From Clostridia bacterium (lineage in GTDB: Bacteria; Bacillota; Clostridia; TANB77; CAG-508): a DNA stretch of 22,270 bases. Every line of letters starts with the position of its first letter. Within the stretch, counting starts at the first letter, position 1. Both the position numbers and the translations under genes were made by a program. Shown here piece by piece: positions 7,036-14,657 of this stretch. A model generated the notes under the pieces. The model ran no database searches. It saw nothing but the letters and a program-made list of their open reading frames with translations, and was not told where the DNA came from. The stretch lies in NCBI GenBank assembly GCA_035388585.1, contig DAOOQE010000020.1, forward strand, positions 1 to 22,270, given 5' to 3'.

Positions 7036-8944
7036 TTTCAGTATCCTCACTTTCAAACATGTATTTTCTCCCTTGCATTATCATTGAAAATTCAAAAGAC
7101 AAATAATCACCAACTGTTTTTTCAAACTCACTTGCTGTTGGAATTTCATCATTAAAATAATAATAACTATGTAACCATTCATCCGTTGGTTCTATTGTTG
7201 TTTTAACACAAAATTTTGTATCATCCTCTATTTTATCAAACCAAACATCAAGCAAATGCTGTTTTTTATCAATTGCTGATTCCGTTTCTATTAATCCAAT
7301 ATGTGGGGCTACTTTATAACCATCATTTTCAAAATTTATAAATTTGCATTCTTTTTCTTTTGGATGTGGCTCACCTGTTGTAAAAATAGCTATACATGGC
7401 ATTGTACCAACTCCATAAAAAGTATCCCCATTTAATGTAATTACCCCTTCTAAAGTATGGTGTTTTAGTATATTTTCTTTTATTGCTTGTTCTTCTTTTG
7501 TTTTTCCCGTTACTGAAGACTGTGGAATAATTACAATTGCTCTTCCTCTTGATACAAGACTATCTAATAAATGCTCTACAAAATTAATTTCATATAAATT
7601 AGGATTTTGTTTTGATCCTTGTGAATAAGGAGGATTCATCATTCCAACTGTTGCACCTTTTAATTGTAATTTATTTGAATCTTGTTTCAAAAAATCATCA
7701 CAATGTAAATTGCTTTTTCCATCTCCTCTTAATATCATATTAGTTGTTGCAATTGTAAACATATAATCTTGTAATTCATATCCATGTAATTGATCTCTTT
7801 TTATTGATTTCTTTTGATTATCATTTTTAGCTTTCTTTAACATATTATGCATTGCTGAAACTAAAAAGCCCGCGGTTCCACAACAGGGATCTAATACAAC
7901 ATCTTCTGGTTTTAAATCTATTAAATCACAAAATAAATTACATATGTGTTTTGGTGTTAAGACTATTCCTAAGCTTTGACCATCACTTCCAGAATAACTC
8001 ATAAACTCTCCATAGAATCTTCCTAAATAATCTTCACTTGTATTATTATATCTAATTGTTTTATATAATTTATTATGCAGAAATTCAGTATAATATCTTA
8101 ATGGAGTAACTCCAAGTGTTTCATTTATCTCATTTAAAATCACAGTATTTTTTATTATAGCAAATTGACTTAATAATTTATCTTTTTTGGTTTCTGGAGA
8201 TACCTGGGATCTTCTTAGGTTATCTTTAATTGCTGAATATATTTTTGCACCATCAGTATTTATTTCATCTCCATTTAAATCATTGATAGAAAAATTTTTA
8301 TAATCTATTTCTTTTAAAGCCAAAAGAATTCCGCTTACTACTAATGGTTTGTCTTTATCACTTAAATTCCCATAATTTCTTAAATTTTCATGCAATTCTT
8401 TAGCATCTTTTAATATTTCTTCAGTTGTTTTTTCATCATCTGTTGCTTCTTTTAATATTTCTCTTATATAGTACTCATCTATATTATCTTCATTAAAAGA
8501 TATGAAACTTTCAACCTCTGGCAAATCCATAAAATATTCTCTTCCATCCAAATAAATTGGTTTTATTATGTGCCTTTTTTCATCTCCACTTATACCAAAT
8601 GCAATTGCTTTCTTATAATGAGTATTTTCTAATATATGTTTAGCATAGAAATATGCACCATTTAAGGCATAATCAGTTACTGAATTAACACTCATATCCA
8701 ATATTCCATTTTCATTGAATTTTGCCTGTTTATCTACACTTGCCTTATCTTCAATAACAATTACAAAATCTTTTACAACGCCACAATATTCAGGAAATCC
8801 TGTATTTCCTGTTCTTTTTTTTGAAGCTGTTTTTAATGCATTATCTAATGCTACTATTTGACTTCCTTGTGGATCTAAATTCAAATTTGCATCTTTTAAT
8901 AAATCATATACCCATAGATCTGTTCTAACTTCCTTCTTTGCCAT
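7028..8944 (-). CDS. Fused PD-(D/E)xK-like N-terminal domain + gamma-class N6-adenine DNA methyltransferase (BcgI-A-like type IIB architecture; alternatively an atypical HsdM)
   Basis: The methyltransferase motif I is VLDPCCGTAGFL and motif IV is GMMNPPYSQG. The N-terminus has GFPEY-x13-VIVIEDKAS, a PE...ExK nuclease-like signature. The gene is translationally coupled to the S gene downstream and the HTH gene upstream. Confidence 0.7.
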   Translation of the reverse strand: MAKKEVRTDLWVYDLLKDANLNLDPQGSQIVALDNALKTASKKRTGNTGFPEYCGVVKDFVIVIEDKASVDKQAKFNENGILDMSVNSVTDYALNGAYFYAKHILENTHYKKAIAFGISGDEKRHIIKPIYLDGREYFMDLPEVESFISFNEDNIDEYYIREILKEATDDEKTTEEILKDAKELHENLRNYGNLSDKDKPLVVSGILLALKEIDYKNFSINDLNGDEINTDGAKIYSAIKDNLRRSQVSPETKKDKLLSQFAIIKNTVILNEINETLGVTPLRYYTEFLHNKLYKTIRYNNTSEDYLGRFYGEFMSYSGSDGQSLGIVLTPKHICNLFCDLIDLKPEDVVLDPCCGTAGFLVSAMHNMLKKAKNDNQKKSIKRDQLHGYELQDYMFTIATTNMILRGDGKSNLHCDDFLKQDSNKLQLKGATVGMMNPPYSQGSKQNPNLYEINFVEHLLDSLVSRGRAIVIIPQSSVTGKTKEEQAIKENILKHHTLEGVITLNGDTFYGVGTMPCIAIFTTGEPHPKEKECKFINFENDGYKVAPHIGLIETESAIDKKQHLLDVWFDKIEDDTKFCVKTTIEPTDEWLHSYYYFNDEIPTASEFEKTVGDYLSFEFSMIMQGRKYMFESEDTENE

Positions 8945-9163
8945 TTATAATTCCTCCCCTTTATCATTTTTCAATTCCATTATATCTTCTATATTACATT
9001 CTAATACACTACAAATTTTGGCTAACACCTCTACTTGTACCGACTCATTTTTACCTAATTTAGCCATTGCATTTGTAGTGATTTTAGCTTTCTCACAAAG
9101 CTCCGTTTTATTGATTTTCTTGTCTATCATAAGCTTCCATAATTTATAATAACTTATTGTCAT
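8945..9163 (-). CDS. XRE-family helix-turn-helix regulator (controller/C-protein-like), first gene of the R-M operon
   Basis: The 72-aa product contains INKTELCEKAKITTNAMAKLGKNESVQVEVLAKICSVLECNIEDI, a typical HTH_3/HTH_26 pattern. Its stop abuts the methyltransferase ATG. SD GGAGG precedes the ATG at 9163. Confidence 0.75.
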   Translation of the reverse strand: MTISYYKLWKLMIDKKINKTELCEKAKITTNAMAKLGKNESVQVEVLAKICSVLECNIEDIMELKNDKGEEL

Positions 9164-9199
9164 TTTCGACCTCCATTTTGATAATTTTTATACAAGAGT

Positions 9200-9228
9200 A
9201 TTCTATCATTTTCGACATTTTTTATCAA
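9200..9228 (-). promoter_or_regulatory. Candidate promoter of the HTH/R-M operon
   Basis: The minus strand reads TTGATA (9228-9223), a 17-nt spacer, then TAGAAT (9205-9200). The spacer contains one copy of an 11-nt repeat that recurs at the start codon. Confidence 0.55.
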
Positions 9229-9266
9229 GGAAATCTTGAATATTTCAAATATAAATTTAATATCGT

Positions 9267-10923
9267 GAAGTGAAAAAATAAATGCAAGTATCAATAATAT
9301 ACATTGCAATAAGTCTTACATTGTGTCTTAATGTAGAACATAATGCAATTTTGTTATAATTAAAAAGTAAATGTTTTTGGTAGAAATGGAGTAATAATAT
9401 GATTGAAAAAGGAAAACAAATCACATTAAACCAAAGGATAAGAATTGAAGAAATGTTAAACCAAAGACGTAGAAAATATGAAATTGCAAATGAATTAGAA
9501 AAAAAACAATCAACAATTGCAAGGGAAATTAATCGTCACAAAATTCTAAAACCACATAATATTTACAAATCAGCCAATATGTATAATTGTAAATTTTTTG
9601 TTAATTGCAAAGTATGTACAAATAAATGCCGTATTTTTCAACCAATTTCATGCAAAGAAAGAGATAGAAATATTGGTGTATGCAATAATTGTTCAAAACT
9701 TAAAACATGTAATTTAGACAAATATTTTTATTATGCGGATAAAGCACATGAACAGTATAAATAAACTTTACAAGATTCAAGACAAGGAGTTAATTTAAAT
9801 ACATCAGAATTAATTGAACTTGCACATATAATTTGCCCATTAATAAAAAAAGGACAATCAGTTTACACCATATTAAATAATCACCCCGAAATAAAATTCT
9901 GTGAAAAAACAATATATAATTACATTGAAATGGGATTATTTAAGGATTGGGGCATTACAAATTTAACATTAAAGAGAAAAGTAAAAAGAAGAATTTCAAA
10001 AAAACAATTAAAGAAACGAAAGGAGCCATATAATTACAACGGAAGAACATATACTGATTATTTAGAATTTAAAATTCAAAATCCAAATATAACAACAACA
10101 GAAATGGATACAGTATATAATAATCAATCTGGTCCATACATACAAACATTTATATTTGAAAATACTGAGTTTATGATTGGTGTATTACATACAGAAAAAA
10201 CATCGGATTCAATGTCAGAAAGTCTTAATAAATTTCATGAAAAATTAACTAATAAAGAATATGAACAATTATTTTCAGTATTATTAACAGACAGAGGAAC
10301 GGAATTTATAAAGTCTCAACAATTTTAAATAAACATACATACAGGAGAAATAAAAGGAAAAATATTCTATTGTGATCCAATCCAGTCAAGCCAAAAACCA
10401 CACGTAGAAAACAATCATAATTTTATTAGAGAAATTTTACCAAATGGAAAAAGTTGGAATCATTTAACCCAAGAAAAATTAGATTTAATGTTTTCTCATA
10501 TAAATTCTACACCAAGAGAAAATTTCGCTGGAAAAACACCTTATGAGATATTTACATTTATCTACGGTGAAGAATTAGCACAAAAGTTAAATATACAAAA
10601 GATTGCAAAAGACGAGGTTACCACAACTCCCCGTCTCTTAAAATAAGTTCATTATGATAAAATGAACAACTTAAATTAATATAAATCCAAAAACATTTGC
10701 ATAACCGAAAATTTAATTGCAAAGCAAAATAGCATTTACTTTTACCGCAAAAAAATTAATGCGATTTTGCTTATTAGTCGAGCAAATTTTCTTTGGAATA
10801 TATATTAATTTTACAAAAAAAAAGCAAAAAAAGCAATATTTTCGTTGAAAACACTGCTTTAATCTTGCATTAAATCATACAACTTGCATTTACTTTACAG
10901 AATTGCATTTAACTTTTTACTTC
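9267..10923 (+). mobile_element. IS30-family insertion sequence (degenerate)
   Basis: An imperfect terminal inverted repeat, GAAGTGAAAAAATAAATGCAAGTAT (9267-9291), pairs with the reverse complement of 10899-10923 (GAAGTAAAAAGTTAAATGCAATTCT), about 20 of 25 matches. There are multiple subterminal (A/T)TGCA(A/T)T motifs at both ends. The transposase reading frame lies inside. Confidence 0.55.
9399..10646 (+). pseudogene. IS30-family DDE transposase gene interrupted by two in-frame TAA codons (9762-9764 and 10326-10328)
   Basis: A single reading frame runs from 9399 to 10646. It has an N-terminal HTH (QSTIAREINRH), a Cys-rich linker, D in EMDTVY, D in LLTDRGTEF and E in HVENNHNFIRE, and ends PRENFAGKTPYEIF. 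Track ORFs 9399..9764 and 9930..10328 are in the same frame, as is the unlisted tail. Confidence 0.75.
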
Positions 10924-11298
10924 TCCTGTATATTGAATATTTTTTGTTATAATCATATCTATAGCTGCTCTCAGTATCCTAAAAAAGCCAGTATTTTTTT
11001 CCGGTTTAATAATATTGATTGGGATGGTTAATCGCCTCAATCATTTTTTTTGCAAAAAAAGTAATGCCCTTATTTTAAATACATTATAAAATTAATTCTC
11101 CAAAACAAATAATAAAGTGGTATTAATAAGTGCGTAACAATTGTATCAATAATTTATTAAATTTAAAATGTGTATTTATAAAAAGGTCAAAAATTCAAAA
11201 AATAATATTTCTATATATTTTGAAACAAAATGCAAAGGAATCTTATCATCTGCATATGTTTATTAAACGAATCAATAATCAAAATTTTATCGATATTT

Positions 11299-11652
11299 TT
11301 AATAAAACATTAAAACTGCAACAATAAAAAGATGATAATTCATTTCTGAATTATTTCTTTTGAATATATCATCAGGATTATATTTTTCAATTTTTGCTTG
11401 TTCCATTAATTCTTTATCATATTTTTCTTTTGCTTCTATTCTCTCTTTTTCATAAGATGTTGCCCAATATTTTTTATTTTGAGACACACCAATATCTCTT
11501 AGATGGTTTCTATGGGTATTCAATCTCAAATTATTAGTAGAAAAGTTGGACATTCCAGTGTTCAGGTTACTGATAAATTTTATTCTCATTTCTTTGATGA
11601 GGAATTTAAAAGTGTTTCTACTGTTATGGATGATGTTTTTGCAAATGTTCAT
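11299..11652 (-). CDS. Hypothetical ORF (117 aa), doubtful; possibly a gene remnant
   Basis: There is an open frame only, with no SD before any candidate start. Its last ~50 nt are homologous to window positions 4-55. Confidence 0.3.
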   Translation of the reverse strand: MNICKNIIHNSRNTFKFLIKEMRIKFISNLNTGMSNFSTNNLRLNTHRNHLRDIGVSQNKKYWATSYEKERIEAKEKYDKELMEQAKIEKYNPDDIFKRNNSEMNYHLFIVAVLMFY

Positions 11653-11700
11653 TAAAATAGACGAGATTCAATAATTGATCCCGCCTATTTTTTATTTTTC

Positions 11701-12375
11701 CTATAATCTTAAATCACATAAATATTTTCTTATTTTTACTAAAAGTTTTTCCTTTGTTTCTTTTATTAAATCTTCTTTTTCTTTAATTTCTTCCCACTCT
11801 TTATTTGTCATTTTCAAATCTCTACAACTGCTAAAACTTTCGTTATATTTAACATCAAATTCATACATTGCATACTTATCACCAATTGCAAAACATTCCC
11901 TTCTTATTAAATTTAAATCATTATAAAATTCTTCCATGTAAAACGGTGCATATTTATCAATGCAAATTGAAAACTCATTATACCCCTTACAAAAATTTTC
12001 ATATTTATTCTTTTTGTATTCTTCTAATTCTTTCTCATCAATCGGAACGTTTTCTATGCTCATTGGATATAATATTATTGTTTTTAAATAGCAATCATTT
12101 AGCTTAGGCCATATCTCCATATATATTTTAAATTCGTTCTCATAATTTATTTTTGATACGTATAGTGCTTTTTCCTCTATTTTATCCAATTTATTTAATC
12201 TTTCATTTATTTTTCCCTTAAATTCTTCAACATCTTTACTCATTTTATTTTTATATTTTTCTTCTATATTATTCGCTAATATATTGGCTAAATATTTAGA
12301 TATTCCTATGATAATCGTTCCCATTCCTCCCATTGAAACTATAATAATAGATATAACATTAATTGCATTTTCCAT
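11701..12375 (-). CDS. Membrane-anchored hypothetical protein (N-terminal TM helix + coiled-coil/alpha-helical domain)
   Basis: The N-terminus is AINVISIIIVSMGGMGTIIIGISKYLANIL, which is hydrophobic, followed by a charged helical region. SD-like AAGGAATGAGAAG precedes the ATG, and an extended -10 (TGATATAAT) lies upstream. Confidence 0.6.
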   Translation of the reverse strand: MENAINVISIIIVSMGGMGTIIIGISKYLANILANNIEEKYKNKMSKDVEEFKGKINERLNKLDKIEEKALYVSKINYENEFKIYMEIWPKLNDCYLKTIILYPMSIENVPIDEKELEEYKKNKYENFCKGYNEFSICIDKYAPFYMEEFYNDLNLIRRECFAIGDKYAMYEFDVKYNESFSSCRDLKMTNKEWEEIKEKEDLIKETKEKLLVKIRKYLCDLRL

Positions 12376-12528
12376 AGTCTTCTCATTCCTTTTTTCTTTT
12401 TTCTTTTTTCATATTATATCATCTTCTTTATTGAAAATAAACTCCTCTTTACTTATATAAAAAATTCTCCTCCAAGATTTCCGCCATTTTTTTCAAGACA
12501 AAAAAAATCAAGGAACTTAAAATCCCCT

Positions 12529-12581
12529 GATAAATCTGGTTGCGGGGGTAAGACTCGAACTTACGACCTTCGGGTTATGAG
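12529..12581 (-). repeat. att-like direct repeat, copy 2 (tRNA-Met 3' fragment; tRNA-like part 12537-12581)
   Basis: It is exactly identical to 84-136 and diverges immediately after the anticodon loop (TGCCGAAGG here, CCCGACGAAGC in copy 1). It has no D arm or 5' acceptor. Confidence 0.8.
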
Positions 12582-12787
12582 TGCCGAAGGTCTAATATTT
12601 GCTATTATTTCATTTTGTTTTAAAATGGTGCAATTCGTTGCAAAAGTAAGTATTAAAGTGTTATATTTTAGTATCAATTATTTTGCGTTATTCCCCCTTA
12701 TTTTCCATTTTTGAAACTTTCGCCACTTTTTCGCCACCTATTTTTATGGTGGAATATGGATATTGGGGGTATGGAAAAAGCTGGAGG

Positions 12788-13516
12788 TTATCCTGCGTTA
12801 TTTTTAAAAATTTCATATGATTCTTTTGATATTTTTTCAAATTCTTCCTTATCCATTATTATCTTTTCCAAATTATTTTTATTCAAATCAAATATATAAA
12901 TTTCATGTAATAAACATACATATATTATATTAAATTTTCTTTTTGCATCTTTCTGAATATTATTTATTTTTACCAATTCATTTTCTGCTTCTTCTTTTGT
13001 AACTAATATCGGTGTAAATATAAATAATCTATTATCTAAAATTTCTGAGTTATAATGATCATTTAATTTCTCTAATTTTTCATTAATACTTTTATTAACA
13101 TATGAAAAATCATCATTATAAACTGGAATAATATAAAAATAATTTTCATTAAATCCAAAGCTATCACGATAGTTTTCACCAAATATAATTCTAGCTAACT
13201 CTGGTGTAATAACTCTTCCTCCATTTTTTTCAAATTTCTTATTAAATTGCTTTATTTTTGAATCAGGTACAGGCTTCTTTACATTTTCTAAATCTCTCCA
13301 AAATTTAGTTCCTTCACTATTTCTTGTAACTTCAATTCCAATACTATTTTTTAAATCCTGCCAATCTGGTTCTTCTTTATCTTCAAACTTATCAATATCT
13401 ATTTGTATATACTCTTTTAATAATTTAAATGCAAATAGTTCAAAATATTTCTTTTCTATATCATGTTTCATAACAATATTCACTTCCTTTACCACTGCCA
13501 CATGGGCATATTTCAT
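12788..13516 (-). CDS. Hypothetical protein with a possible PD-(D/E)xK-like signature
   Basis: The candidate motif is EEPDWQD-x6-IGIEVTR, a PD...E-x-(K/T)-like pattern, and it is weak. Two starts are possible: 13516, an ATGA overlap with the upstream pseudogene, or the ATG at 13471, preceded by AAGGAAGTGA. Confidence 0.55.
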   Translation of the reverse strand: MKYAHVAVVKEVNIVMKHDIEKKYFELFAFKLLKEYIQIDIDKFEDKEEPDWQDLKNSIGIEVTRNSEGTKFWRDLENVKKPVPDSKIKQFNKKFEKNGGRVITPELARIIFGENYRDSFGFNENYFYIIPVYNDDFSYVNKSINEKLEKLNDHYNSEILDNRLFIFTPILVTKEEAENELVKINNIQKDAKRKFNIIYVCLLHEIYIFDLNKNNLEKIIMDKEEFEKISKESYEIFKNNAG

Positions 13517-14006
13517 TTAAATATACTTTCAAATTCTAACGGAATTATATCTTCATAAATAACCGTGAACTCAGGATTCACTTGTTTATTCTCATGGTAA
13601 TGTCCTAAGAACCATTTCTTAAATTCCGTCTTTTCATATATTTCCTGTAAATAATCCATCAATTCATCTTTTCTATATTTTCCAATTATAGCTTGTATAT
13701 TGGTTGGACAACAATGTGAAAATATATAATCAACTTTAAAATTAACTTTTTCTAAATTTCTAATTCCATTTTCCATTTCTTCTTTTGTTGGCATTTCTAG
13801 ATCCTACCATGAAAAATCTCTAATTCTAAAATATGCCCCTCTTTTTCTCTACTACTTTCTTCTTCAAATGTCCATACCCCACCAAAATCTCCGCATATAA
13901 TAACATAGTCATTCTTTGTCATTTCTTTTTGTATTGGAAACTTTTCTGTTGTAAATCTTTCAAAATTTGAATGTGTATCTCCTGTTATATAAATCATAAC
14001 TATCAC
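13513..14006 (-). pseudogene. Calcineurin-like metallophosphoesterase with an internal deletion (split into 69-aa and 93-aa ORFs)
   Basis: The N-terminal piece has IYITGDTHSNF and VIICGDFGG (motifs I and II). The C-terminal piece has FSHCCP and LGHYHENK. The central GNHE-containing region expected between them is absent, and the two pieces are in different frames, separated by a TAG. Confidence 0.6.
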
Positions 14007-14064
14007 TCCTCTTCGGTATTATACTATATTCATCTATTAATATCTATTAAAATTCCATAAATAC

Positions 14065-14094
14065 TTGACTTTTGGCTTTATTTAAGTGATTAAT
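14065..14094 (+). promoter_or_regulatory. Candidate promoter of backbone operon, copy 2
   Basis: TTGACT (14065-14070), an 18-nt spacer, then ATTAAT (14089-14094). This is conserved with copy 1. Confidence 0.4.
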
Positions 14095-14122
14095 AACAGC
14101 AATTTTTAAGGAGGTGAATTAT

Positions 14123-14413
14123 ATGAGCTTTAGAGAAGTTCGTGATGACATTTTTAGATATTGGCTTGATTATCGTGAAGGAACTGAACTTGCTTTTACT
14201 AATTCTGAAGATAAAAAACATGTGATACTTTTTGATGAAATTTGTGAAAATATTTTAAATAATGTTTCTGGAAGTAATTATGAATATATTCAAAAACAAT
14301 TAAATAAACTTGATGATAATTTTATGGATTATGTTGGTTATTGGAATGAAAAGTATTATAGAAATGGTTTCTGTGACGGCTTAGAATTGATAATAGGCTG
14401 TTTAAATAAATAA
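14123..14413 (+). CDS. Hypothetical 96-aa backbone protein, copy 2
   Basis: The ATG at 14123 follows AAGGAGGTG. It has one amino-acid difference (D to Y) from copy 1. Confidence 0.75.
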   Translation: MSFREVRDDIFRYWLDYREGTELAFTNSEDKKHVILFDEICENILNNVSGSNYEYIQKQLNKLDDNFMDYVGYWNEKYYRNGFCDGLELIIGCLNK

Positions 14414-14428
14414 GGTGGTGAATTATGT

Positions 14429-14596
14429 ATGTATATTATTAAAACTACTTATAATGGTGAACAAATCTATCAAGTTTGTCCTAGCTGTAACAAAGAGTTT
14501 AATTACTATCCTGCTATTTCTAGGAAAGATAATAAAACTGAAATCTGTCCTAAATGTGGTATGATGGAAGCTTTGGATAAATTTATAAGAGCATAA
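14429..14596 (+). CDS. 4-Cys zinc-ribbon small protein (55 aa), intact copy
   Basis: The product is MYIIKTTYNGEQIYQVCPSCNKEFNYYPAISRKDNKTEICPKCGMMEALDKFIRA*. It has a CPSC...CPKC pair, SD AAGGTGGTG upstream, and a TAA at 14594-14596. Confidence 0.7.
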   Translation: MYIIKTTYNGEQIYQVCPSCNKEFNYYPAISRKDNKTEICPKCGMMEALDKFIRA

Positions 14597-14600
14597 AAGT

Positions 14601-14636
14601 GACCAGGAATTTTTCCTGGTCTTATATTATTTTTCC
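14601..14636. terminator. Hairpin terminator between the convergent backbone operon and the NTPase gene
   Basis: GACCAGGA (14601-14608), a 5-nt loop, TCCTGGTC (14614-14621), then TTATATTATTTTTCC. Confidence 0.65.
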
Positions 14637-14657
14637 GCTATCAAATAAGCATTTACT

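Larger units (their letters stand above)
14036..14623 (+). repeat. Conserved island backbone module, copy 2
   Basis: See 644-1229. Confidence 0.9.

Noticed and set aside
9762-10328. Stop-codon reassignment or programmed readthrough to explain the in-frame TAAs in the transposase
   Set aside because: TAA is the terminator of well-supported genes in this window, including the 96-aa gene, the zinc-ribbon gene, dpnA and the HTH gene. Ordinary nonsense mutations in a decaying IS are the simpler explanation.
11130-11327. 65-aa plus-strand ORF with a GTG start
   Set aside because: It has no SD, an implausible composition and no conserved motif, and it overlaps the 3' end of the minus-strand ORF. 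It was treated as noncoding.
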